Shown: piece by piece, positions 1 through 7,327 of the stretch
Layout: the number at the start of each line of letters is the position of its first letter
Numbering within the stretch: position 1 is the first letter of the stretch
Origin: a virus
Lineage: Duplodnaviria > Caudoviricetes
IMG/VR virus record: IMGVR_UViG_3300022309_000009
Coordinates: 1 to 50,072 of that record
Length of the DNA stretch: 50,072 bases
Direction: 5' to 3' (one strand)
The notes under the pieces: model-generated
Seen by the model: only the letters and a program-made list of their open reading frames with translations
Told to the model about the DNA's origin: nothing
The model's database searches: none
Program-made: the position numbers and the translations under genes

Positions 1-324
1 CGCCCTGCGGGGAAACTCTTCCTCGGGTTGAGGGAGCCGGGACGCTTAAAGCCGTTGCGATCTGGGAAGGTGTGTCGCTCACTATTGAGCAGCGTGTCCC
101 ATGCTTTCTTGCGGGCCTTGAGCCGGGTGTGGGCTTTGCGGCCTGGCTTGCGCTTGCCGATCACGGTTGCCTCCGGGGGTCATGGTCGACTATGAACGGG
201 TTGTGGTTGAGAAAAGCTTCAAATCTGTCTGCGATCTCATGCACAAGCTCGTTCAGCCGTTCCCCTTCAGTGTCGCTTCCGTCGTCGTGCCAGCCGTACT
301 CTGCGAGGATTTCGCAAAGTCGGT
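1..324. repeat. Terminal direct repeat / circularisation overlap, copy 1
   Basis: Matches 49735-50072 except T110 vs G49844 and a 14-bp tandem duplication (GGGTTGTGGTTGAG) in the right copy. Confidence 0.95.
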
Positions 325-361
325 CGTTCAGGGCGAATCTGTTCACGAAGATAGTCAACAT
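161..361 (-). CDS. Small early hypothetical protein
   Basis: 66-aa ORF with GGAGG RBS, directly downstream of a sigma70-like promoter; its stop overlaps the next GTG start. Confidence 0.6.
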   Translation of the reverse strand: MLTIFVNRFALNDRLCEILAEYGWHDDGSDTEGERLNELVHEIADRFEAFLNHNPFIVDHDPRRQP

Positions 362-406
362 GTCACTCGCCTCCGGGGGTTCTCCTACGGTGTGTGTGTG
401 TGTGTG

Positions 407-435
407 ACTTTACACCACCGCAGGGCTGATTGCAA
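407..435 (-). promoter_or_regulatory. Housekeeping-sigma-type early promoter
   Basis: Minus strand reads TTGCAA-N17-TAAAGT, followed by an (AC)n leader and a GGAGG RBS. Confidence 0.65.
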
Positions 436-496
436 GGTGGGTAGGATTTGCTAAGGTGCGAGTTCGCTGGTCATCCGGTCGGGATGATCACACCCG

Positions 497-519
497 AAAA
501 GCCCGCTGTGGGCGGGCTT
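497..519 (-). terminator. Intrinsic terminator downstream of ssb
   Basis: AAGCCCGC/GCGGGCTT hairpin followed by TTTT on the minus strand. Confidence 0.55.
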
Positions 520-605
520 GGTTCGGGCTTCTCTGCGGGGTTGGTTCGCCGGAGCCTGTTGGCTAGTCAGCTTGTCACCCTCTCGCCCAGAGAAATCGGT
601 GGCGA

Positions 606-992
606 CTAGAAGGGGAGGTCGTCGTCGCCTGGTGCGTCGGTGGTTGCCTCGACGGAGTCGGGGGCGTCCGGAGCCTGCTCGTGGCCTTTGGCGGGGCGGA
701 GGAACTTGACGCTCGGCGCGTTGACCTCGAAGTAGTTGGTGTACGAGCCGTCGTCGTTCTGCTTGCTGGAGGTATTGATCGAACCCTCGATCAGAACCTC
801 GCTGCCCTTGCTCAGGTACTTGGCGCAGGCTTCGGCGGAGCCGTTCCAGGTCTTGACCCAGAAGAAGTCTGCTCCGGCGTTCTCGCCGCGACGTGTGACG
901 GCGAGCTTGAATGAGGCGACCTTCTTGCCGGTCTGCGTCTCGCGGAGCGTGACGTCAGAGGCGAGGTTGCCTAGTGCGATTACCTTGTTCAT
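606..992 (-). CDS. ssb: Single-stranded DNA-binding protein
   Basis: MNKVIALGNL...YLSKGSEVLIEG OB-fold signature and acidic C-terminal tip DDDLPF. Confidence 0.95.
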   Translation of the reverse strand: MNKVIALGNLASDVTLRETQTGKKVASFKLAVTRRGENAGADFFWVKTWNGSAEACAKYLSKGSEVLIEGSINTSSKQNDDGSYTNYFEVNAPSVKFLRPAKGHEQAPDAPDSVEATTDAPGDDDLPF

Positions 993-1141
993 GTGGTGTA
1001 GGGCCTCCTAGCCCTGTGCGAGCCAGTCAGATTCCGGCTCTTCGCATTAGAGTTTGGAAGCGACCCGCTCGCATCTTGGTCTGCGGGTGGAAGAAGTTTC
1101 CAGCTTCCTCTTCTTCCTGTTTCACTCTGATTCACCACCCA

Positions 1142-1675
1142 TTAGGCGAACAATCCCGCTGCGATTCTTTCGTAGTCAGCTTGATTCGCCAGGTCGAAGA
1201 TCGGGATGTTGTAGTGATGTGCGATCCGAAGCGCCTGTCCTGTGCCTCCGCCGCCTTCGCCCCGGAATGTCCAGCAGATGACGAATCTGGAGAGTACGGG
1301 GCGTGTTACGTCGGCGCCGAGGATCTGATGCACGTTCCTCGCGTGAAGAGAGCGAGCGGCTGGACTGCATTTCGTCCAGGCGGGATGGAACTGCTCAGCG
1401 ATGGAGTATGCCTCGGGCTGCGGCTGTTCGAGCGAGACTACGGCTTTTCGTCTTCCCTCGAAGCGAGGCCAGGGGAGGTATAGCTCGGGCTTCGGACGGC
1501 GACTGTTCGCGAAGTAGGCGCTGAACGCACCTTCCTCGAACGCTGAGTCGGCACCAGGAGCGCAGCCGGAGCGGAGTGTCCATGCGCGGCTCGCCAGTTC
1601 GAGAGCGAAGTCCTGCATGATGTAGAGGATGTCCCTGGGTGTTTCGCGTGAACCGATGCCGGTGTAGACCTTCAT
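1142..1675 (-). CDS. DprA-like / SLOG superfamily protein
   Basis: YTGIGSRETP, LRSGCAPGADSAFE and GGTGQA motifs typical of phage SLOG/DprA-like proteins. Confidence 0.8.
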   Translation of the reverse strand: MKVYTGIGSRETPRDILYIMQDFALELASRAWTLRSGCAPGADSAFEEGAFSAYFANSRRPKPELYLPWPRFEGRRKAVVSLEQPQPEAYSIAEQFHPAWTKCSPAARSLHARNVHQILGADVTRPVLSRFVICWTFRGEGGGGTGQALRIAHHYNIPIFDLANQADYERIAAGLFA

Positions 1676-1734
1676 TCGTATCTCCTTTCACTCCGAAAGA
1701 CCGCCCATTGGACAGTCAATCGGAGCTGGGCTGT

Positions 1735-2001
1735 TTAGGCCCTCCTCGCGTAGGCGAGCATTCGCCCGCCGTCTGAGTAGACGCTGTTGTTGAACGTCAG
1801 CTCTTCGTTCCAGGCTGCGAGGGTTTGCTCAGCCTGCTCACGGGTGGCGAAGTACTCGCTCTCCCGACTGTAGGGGCCGCAATGGCAGAAGGTTCCGATG
1901 TACCAGCCGCCGCCGCTGCTCAAAACCTTGAATGGCAGCTTCTCGTTGCAGTCGGGGCAGGTATCACTGGCACCGCTTAGGATCGTTTCTCCTGGAAGCA
2001 T
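1735..2001 (-). CDS. Small Cys-rich (Zn-binding) hypothetical protein
   Basis: CPDC...CHCGPYSRESEYF; GGAG RBS. Confidence 0.65.
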   Translation of the reverse strand: MLPGETILSGASDTCPDCNEKLPFKVLSSGGGWYIGTFCHCGPYSRESEYFATREQAEQTLAAWNEELTFNNSVYSDGGRMLAYARRA

Positions 2002-2002
2002 C

Positions 2003-2296
2003 TCAGACTCCTCTTTCGCTTGGGTTGAAAGTGCGGTAGCCGAACTCGTCCCAGCCGGTGAGGTCTTCGAGCTGGTGCGTCAACTCGGCTCGTCGGCCTT
2101 CGAGGTAGGCCAGTTCGTTGGCGATCTCGGGCCAGCCGTGCTGGTTGAGCGACTCGGTGGCGTCGGCGATTTGCTGCTCGACGCGCTTGAGGAGATGGTT
2201 CAGCCACTTGATCTGGCATCGGCCCTGCCTCTCCTCGCAGAAGCAGCCGAGTCGGCCGGAGAGGAGGTTCTTCTCGCAGTATGTCTCGGTGGCCAA
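2003..2296 (-). CDS. Hypothetical protein
   Basis: In the minus-strand operon; AGGAG RBS near the start. Confidence 0.55.
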   Translation of the reverse strand: MATETYCEKNLLSGRLGCFCEERQGRCQIKWLNHLLKRVEQQIADATESLNQHGWPEIANELAYLEGRRAELTHQLEDLTGWDEFGYRTFNPSERGV

Positions 2297-2322
2297 GTCG
2301 AACTCCTTTCGTTGGATTTTGC

Positions 2323-2535
2323 TCAGAACTCCGTTCCTCGAAGCGTGTACGGATGGATTCGTTCCGCGATGGTTGAGGAGACGGGCGGCTGCTCTTCCAG
2401 CTTGACGGCGAGCAGCATGAGGTTGTAAAGCTCATCGACGCCGTAGGTGCGGTGGACGATCTGGACGAACTCGGTGTTGAGTCTCGCGGAGCAGCTCGCA
2501 CAACCGCAAGCGAGTGCGGGGGCTGGTAGTCTCAT
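2323..2535 (-). CDS. Hypothetical protein
   Basis: ATGA overlap with the upstream ORF; CGCASC motif. Confidence 0.5.
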   Translation of the reverse strand: MRLPAPALACGCASCSARLNTEFVQIVHRTYGVDELYNLMLLAVKLEEQPPVSSTIAERIHPYTLRGTEF

Positions 2536-2759
2536 CGGAGACTCTTCCAGAGTTTGAGATCGGCCTGCGCCTTCTTTAGCTGTACGTCGATCCGAGTGGT
2601 GGCTTCGGCGTAGTCGTAGGCCCGTTCAAGATTTCCTGCGATGCAAGCGGCTGTGATTTCTTCAACCAGCTTGGCGCGGGCGTTGCGCAGCTTCTCGATG
2701 CGGTACTGTGCGTTCCAGATACGACCGAGGACGTTTCTCTCTTGGGCAGCGGTGGACAT
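2532..2759 (-). CDS. Hypothetical helical protein
   Basis: GAGGAG RBS before ATG 2759. Confidence 0.6.
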   Translation of the reverse strand: MSTAAQERNVLGRIWNAQYRIEKLRNARAKLVEEITAACIAGNLERAYDYAEATTRIDVQLKKAQADLKLWKSLR

Positions 2760-2854
2760 CTTCTTCTCCTCTCGTTCGTTTGCCCTCGTTTCACCACCCA
2801 CCCGCTTCAGCTCTCGGTCGCCAGCCGCTCTTTCGCTGGGATTCCGAACTGAGC

Positions 2855-2891
2855 AAAAAAGGGGGACGGCAGCTTGTAGGCCACCGTCCCC
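2855..2891 (-). terminator. Intrinsic terminator
   Basis: GGGGACGG/CCGTCCCC stem with T6 tail on the minus strand, after ORF 2901-3806. Confidence 0.7.
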
Positions 2892-2900
2892 GCTGATTGG

Positions 2901-3806
2901 TCAGGCCGCGTTGGCCCAAGAAGCCTCGGGCCTTACGACGGCGTCTCGTTCGCGCCTCTTCGCCAGCCTGTACTCGATGGAGCGGCAGAGGCTCGCGAAG
3001 CCTGACAACTCGCCCTTCTCATCGACCTTCATCTTCACCCAGGCGACGACGTTCATCGTCTCGTTCGGCGTGAAGTGTCCGTTGGTCTGCGTCCACGAGA
3101 GAATCATGTCGCGGTCGCTGTAGACCTTTCGTCCGAAGTATTCCTGGAGGAGCCGGTGGAGCTTCACCTTCAAGAAGGCGGTCTGCTTGATCCGCCATTC
3201 TGCTCGCTCCTCGTCGCGACGAGTCTTTTCCTCGTTGGTCTGCTCGAACTCTGGCCCTGCGATCCAGCTCTCGTCTGAGTCGCGGAGGCTCCAAGCCAGC
3301 AGGTCGTCGTCCATCTGCTCCCGAAGCTCGACTGCGTCTTCGCTGTCGGTGTGGATCGTTCTGTGCGGCAAGTCACCAGCAGCGGGTGACGCGATGGGTG
3401 TAGGGAGAAGCGAGGCGAGAAGCTCCTGCGGCGTGAAGCTGGTCTTCTCGACGTACTCGTAGCTCGGGATGTCCCAAGCGGTTGAGCGGAAGACCACGAC
3501 TGCTGGGACGTTCCGCTCGTCAATCACTTCCGGGTCGGGAAGGAACGACGTGTCGTCCGGCGTCCACCAGCGGAACGATTTGCGCTGCGGGTCGAAGCGG
3601 AGTGCGTCTGAATCATCGAGGCTCCAGAGGTACTTCAGCTCGGTCAGTTCCTTCGTCCGAGCTGCTGCCTCAACGGCCTCAGCCTTCGCGATCCACGCCT
3701 GAACCGCTGCGTCCTTCGTGCTGCTGATTGGCCCGGCCTGCGCCATCAGCATGTCGAAGTACTCGTCGTCGCGATCTTCTGCGAACGTCGGGATTGAGAG
3801 GGTCAT
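2901..3806 (-). CDS. Hypothetical protein (301 aa)
   Basis: Long ORF with AGGAGG RBS and its own terminator; no family recognised. Confidence 0.75.
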   Translation of the reverse strand: MTLSIPTFAEDRDDEYFDMLMAQAGPISSTKDAAVQAWIAKAEAVEAAARTKELTELKYLWSLDDSDALRFDPQRKSFRWWTPDDTSFLPDPEVIDERNVPAVVVFRSTAWDIPSYEYVEKTSFTPQELLASLLPTPIASPAAGDLPHRTIHTDSEDAVELREQMDDDLLAWSLRDSDESWIAGPEFEQTNEEKTRRDEERAEWRIKQTAFLKVKLHRLLQEYFGRKVYSDRDMILSWTQTNGHFTPNETMNVVAWVKMKVDEKGELSGFASLCRSIEYRLAKRRERDAVVRPEASWANAA

Positions 3807-3835
3807 CTACGCCTCCTAACTAGTAGGAACAACAC

Positions 3836-4143
3836 CACTTCTATCCTGTAGGGGACGGCGAGCTTTCAACCTCCGTATGCCCGCTCGAAGGCGCTGGAGG
3901 AGTGAAATACAAAAGAGGGGGCGACGTCTCCTGTGTCGATCTGCTAGTCAGCTCTTCCGACTAGTAGATCGGCCATGGGGGCGTCGATAAATCCCCTCGG
4001 GTATTTCATGGGGGAGGCGTCTTCGACTCGCGGGCCAGGAGGTAGCCGCCTCTCCCCCTTTCCCGGCGTGTTTCTAGCCAAGGGGGAAAGGGGGAGAACA
4101 TAGGCGGCGGTGAAAGTCGCGCTTGTGTCCCCGGATAGAAGTG
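3836..4143 (+). ncRNA. Candidate structured ncRNA (long branched rod)
   Basis: Nested complementary segments from CACTTCTATCC/GGATAGAAGTG inward to TCGATCTGCTAGTC/GACTAGTAGATCGG; many non-Watson-Crick pairs are G-U on the + strand. Confidence 0.55.
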
Positions 4144-4648
4144 TGTGTGTGCGTGTTGATGGAGGTACTAACTAGCAACGGGGGAGCTGGCTCTATCTGC
4201 TCCCCTCCATTCCCGAGATGCTCCCTGTAGTTCGGGAGCATGGCATCTCGGGATCATCAACACTCAGTTAGTTCAGCTCTTGTTGACCAGTAGCTCAACG
4301 TATCGAGCATCTGAAGGGCGGGTGATGGGGTGGTGCGGTGAGATGGGCAGAGGGTTAGCTAGTACGTTGAGTGATGGCGTGCGTTGTGTTGATTAGACCA
4401 GCTAATGATGCTGAGTGGCTCGGGCGACGGTCTTCCCCCCCGCTCTTGTACATACCCCTGCATCACGGGGAGGCCCTTGCTCTTGATCTTGCACGAGGGG
4501 GTGGGGTATCAGATCGGCGGAGAGAAGTTGCATGGGGGTAGGGGTAGCGGGTGGTTGGTTCTTATTGCTCAGCCCCTTCAGACCGGCCATTTCAAGCCAT
4601 CCCTCGTAACTTTGGGTATCCGTAGCTGTACCCAAAGTTGCCCCGTCT

Positions 4649-4668
4649 TCCGACGCTTCCTGTAGGAT
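4649..4668 (+). promoter_or_regulatory. Phage promoter motif copy
   Basis: TCCGACG-CTTCC-TGTAGGAT upstream of ORF 4725. Confidence 0.65.
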
Positions 4669-4724
4669 ATACCTACCGGACAAGATCATCCGGACACTAG
4701 ATCCCTGAAGGGGGGTGCAACACA

Positions 4725-4988
4725 GTGGCAAAGGTAGTTGACGTCATCAACCTCTCGAACGCCGACATGGCTGCTTTCGGAGGCTCTGCGGTGACTGTCC
4801 CGGCCTATTCGCGGGTCAATGGCATCACCATCACGGACGTCGGTTTGGGGACTGCGCTTGACACGCTGAACGCCTGTGTCATCAAGTCCACGGCCAACGA
4901 GGTTCAGCAGCGGTACGCGGCCAAGATGCTCAAGCGGACTGCTCCATACCAAACTCTAGCCCCCGGCCTAAAAGACCAGGGAACCTAG
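4725..4988 (+). CDS. Small putative virion protein, paralog 1
   Basis: GAAGGGGGGTG RBS; similar to ORF 5047 (VDVIN..GG..VTVPAYS). Confidence 0.65.
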   Translation: MAKVVDVINLSNADMAAFGGSAVTVPAYSRVNGITITDVGLGTALDTLNACVIKSTANEVQQRYAAKMLKRTAPYQTLAPGLKDQGT

Positions 4989-5046
4989 ACACCATTTCGC
5001 CGGACAAGTTCATCCGGCCTCGACCTCTGAAGGGGGGTGAAACAAG

Positions 5047-5280
5047 ATGGCAAACGTTGATCTCGTGAACGGAACCGGCTCCTCAATCGTGGCAGGTGGT
5101 GAGACAGTCCCGGCGCACAGTGTTCTTTCCAACAGAACTGTGACCGGAGCAAACCTCATCCTTCTCACGGACGCCGGAGCTGTCGCCTACCTCGCTGGGA
5201 TGGCGTATGAGCAGAAGCGGCTCAGCTCCAAGATTATGAAGCTCGGCCGGAACCCAGGTACGGCAACTGTCTCGATGTAG
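5047..5280 (+). CDS. Small putative virion protein, paralog 2
   Basis: Same leader and RBS as ORF 4725; VDLVN..GGETVPAHS. Confidence 0.65.
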   Translation: MANVDLVNGTGSSIVAGGETVPAHSVLSNRTVTGANLILLTDAGAVAYLAGMAYEQKRLSSKIMKLGRNPGTATVSM

Positions 5281-5301
5281 GGGCCTCTGCTGCGCCAAGA
5301 C

Positions 5302-5323
5302 GAAGGCCCCTTACGGGGCCTTC
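5302..5323. terminator. Bidirectional terminator-like hairpin
   Basis: GAAGGCCCC-TTAC-GGGGCCTTC between convergent genes. Confidence 0.7.
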
Positions 5324-5349
5324 TGTCGTTCTAGTAGCCGGTCTTTGGC

Positions 5350-5664
5350 TTACGCGGCTTGGGGCGCTTCTTGGTCTTCGTTGCCATCGGCCTTCTCCTC
5401 TTCTGCGGCCTCGTCGGCTGCTGGATCTGCGGCCTCTTCCTCTTCGCTACCGAAGAACTCGCCCGCAAGCTCGAAAGCTTCGGACACGACGTCACTGATC
5501 TCTTCCATTGCGGCCTCGATTGCCTGGGCAGCCTCGATGACCTCGGCCACGAGGGCGTCGGTAGTGGAGCGGAGCTTCGAGCCGTCCTCGGCGATCAGCG
5601 TGCCGTCACCGAGCTTGTCAACGACGTTGACCGTGCCGTCTGCTGTATCTACTGGGAATCCCAT
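5350..5664 (-). CDS. Highly acidic hypothetical protein
   Basis: E/D/A-rich 104 aa; AAGGGGGTG RBS; own promoter motif. Confidence 0.7.
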   Translation of the reverse strand: MGFPVDTADGTVNVVDKLGDGTLIAEDGSKLRSTTDALVAEVIEAAQAIEAAMEEISDVVSEAFELAGEFFGSEEEEAADPAADEAAEEEKADGNEDQEAPQAA

Positions 5665-5699
5665 AGGAACACCCCCTTTCGCGGGAGATTCACGTCTTA

Positions 5700-5719
5700 A
5701 TCCTACATGGTGTGTAGGA
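5700..5719 (-). promoter_or_regulatory. Phage promoter motif copy
   Basis: Minus strand TCCTACA-CACCA-TGTAGGAT (perfect inverted arms). Confidence 0.75.
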
Positions 5720-5723
5720 CGTA

Positions 5724-5750
5724 GAAGAGGCCCCTCGTCGGGGCCTCTTC
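5724..5750 (-). terminator. Terminator-like hairpin
   Basis: GAAGAGGCCCC-N5-GGGGCCTCTTC downstream of ORF 5773. Confidence 0.65.
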
Positions 5751-5772
5751 CTGTTCCGGCTTATTGAGTCGG

Positions 5773-6024
5773 TTATGCCGACTCTGCCAGATCGTTTGTG
5801 TCTTCTAGCTGAACTGCGGGGAGCTGTTCGGCGGCGGTTGTGATGAACTCGACTTCGTCCATCACCACGCCCTTCAGCGTCATGCCCCGGTGATGGCGGA
5901 TCTGAGCGTCTTCCAGCGCCGTGATGGCGATGGCGAACTCTCTTGCGGCTGGGGGCGGGCAGTTGACTTTCTGCTCCGCCTGTATCTCTGCGATGAGAGC
6001 TGGTATCTGAGCGACGATGGTCAC
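5773..6024 (-). CDS. Acb2/Tad1-like helical-hairpin protein (candidate anti-defence sponge)
   Basis: CPPPAAREFAIAITALEDAQ resembles the RExxxAxTxLEEA helix of Acb2/Tad1-family proteins. Confidence 0.45.
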   Translation of the reverse strand: MTIVAQIPALIAEIQAEQKVNCPPPAAREFAIAITALEDAQIRHHRGMTLKGVVMDEVEFITTAAEQLPAVQLEDTNDLAESA

Positions 6025-6404
6025 GAGAGGTACGTCCTTTCGACGTGCTTGCGAGCTGCTCTAATGTCTCGGAGCAAGGCCCGTGTGTCCCACTCTAGGT
6101 CGTCAATCCCCTGGAGGCCGAACTCTTCGTATGTCCAGGGCCAGGATCGCACGGCCAGTTCTTCCTCGGCGATTCTCTGAATCCTGCGGCTGTAGCCCTG
6201 CTCCATACGGGCTGCCCTGAAGGCTCCGACGAGACTCACCTTCTCGATGAGAAAGTAGTTCCTCGTCGTTACCTTGGTCGTCAAGCCGTAGATGGTGGCC
6301 TCGGCTCTTGGCTTACCAGGGAGCTTGCGTGGCCTGCCCTCTTTGAGCCATTCCTCAGCGAGGCCGAGTAGATCGGCGACCTTGGCTGCTGTTCTTTTCT
6401 GCAT
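6021..6404 (-). CDS. Hypothetical protein
   Basis: 127-aa ORF, GTGA-coupled to the downstream gene. Confidence 0.6.
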   Translation of the reverse strand: MQKRTAAKVADLLGLAEEWLKEGRPRKLPGKPRAEATIYGLTTKVTTRNYFLIEKVSLVGAFRAARMEQGYSRRIQRIAEEELAVRSWPWTYEEFGLQGIDDLEWDTRALLRDIRAARKHVERTYLS

Positions 6405-6436
6405 CTGTCATCGTTCCTTTCTGGACGCATCCAGCC

Positions 6437-6880
6437 CTAGAAGGGGATGTCGTCCGAGGCCGGGGCTTCGGCCACTTGCGGGGCCGGTGTTTCTGAGGCT
6501 CCAGCGGCAAGTCGCTCGAAGCCGGACTGCGACGGAGCCTGAAACTCGAACTCCACCGCGAAGTCCTTATAGGTGTACGTGGCACCCTGGCGGCGACCGA
6601 GGAACGAGATGGTGATTGCCTCACGCTCTCGGAAGCTTTCACCGATGGCCTTGCGGTTCTGGGCCTCTTCCTTGAAGGCCCTCATCAGGACGGCGCTGTC
6701 GAGCCAGACCGAGTAGAGCTGCTGATCCTCGGCAGACTCGATTTCGGCGACGAACTTCTCGACCATCTCGTCTGTCCCGAACTTCTTGGCCTGGACGGCG
6801 TTGACGCTGACCAAGGCTCCGGAGAGGACTTCCTTGCCCTCTTCCTCGAAGTTCCAGATCGTGTACTCGCTTGTACTCAC
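6437..6880 (-). CDS. Second SSB-like (OB-fold) protein
   Basis: Beta-rich core (VLSGALVSV...ITISFLG...YKDFAVE) and acidic C-terminal tip SDDIPF. Confidence 0.65.
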   Translation of the reverse strand: MSTSEYTIWNFEEEGKEVLSGALVSVNAVQAKKFGTDEMVEKFVAEIESAEDQQLYSVWLDSAVLMRAFKEEAQNRKAIGESFREREAITISFLGRRQGATYTYKDFAVEFEFQAPSQSGFERLAAGASETPAPQVAEAPASDDIPF

Positions 6881-6900
6881 TTCTTCCTACCTTTCTGCCC

Positions 6901-7014
6901 TCAGAAGAGAGCGGTGATGGTCGCTTTCACGATTACGAATACTCCGACGAACCACGGAAGCACCAAGATGACAGCCGGGAGGCCCTTGACCGTCGTCGCG
7001 GACTTCTTATTCAT
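6901..7014 (-). CDS. Small single-TM membrane protein
   Basis: AGGCAGGA RBS; hydrophobic stretch; overlaps the upstream stop. Confidence 0.5.
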   Translation of the reverse strand: MNKKSATTVKGLPAVILVLPWFVGVFVIVKATITALF

Positions 7015-7229
7015 CAGCGTTTCCTGCCTTTCGGTCGAGAGGGCCTTGGCGGTGCTGGTTCTGTCGGGAAGAGCGGAGCCTGGATACCGACAACGCGCCA
7101 TCTCTTGTGGCGCACGCGGAAGTTCTTGAGGGCCTGCGCCTCTGACGTTGCCCCCGTGTAGTAGAGGTACGTGGCGTCGGGCTTGCCAGGCTCGTTCGTG
7201 TGGATGATCCAGGTGCCGGTGCGGGCCAT
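7014..7229 (-). CDS. Small basic hypothetical protein
   Basis: GGGAAGGA RBS; first gene after a minus-strand promoter motif. Confidence 0.55.
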   Translation of the reverse strand: MARTGTWIIHTNEPGKPDATYLYYTGATSEAQALKNFRVRHKRWRVVGIQAPLFPTEPAPPRPSRPKGRKR

Positions 7230-7263
7230 AAGTCCTTCCCTGCGAGTTCGCTTATCTGTCTAC

Positions 7264-7283
7264 AGAGTATATGGCGGGTCGGA
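7264..7283 (-). promoter_or_regulatory. Degenerate promoter motif copy (divergent pair with 7301)
   Basis: Minus strand TCCGACC-CGCCA-TATACTCT. Confidence 0.45.
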
Positions 7284-7300
7284 CGGCACCTGTCGCTCCG

Positions 7301-7320
7301 TCCTACTTGTCGTGTAGAGT
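7301..7320 (+). promoter_or_regulatory. Phage promoter motif copy
   Basis: TCCTACT-TGTCG-TGTAGAGT upstream of the structured region. Confidence 0.6.
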
Positions 7321-7327
7321 GTCCGAC

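Noticed and set aside
390-406. (TG)n microsatellite, also at 4141-4150
   Set aside because: Short and non-coding; explained as an unstructured AC-rich leader, with no evidence of phase variation
3816-4362. Local clustering of CTAG tetramers
   Set aside because: About six copies; too few to call by eye and partly a by-product of the hairpins
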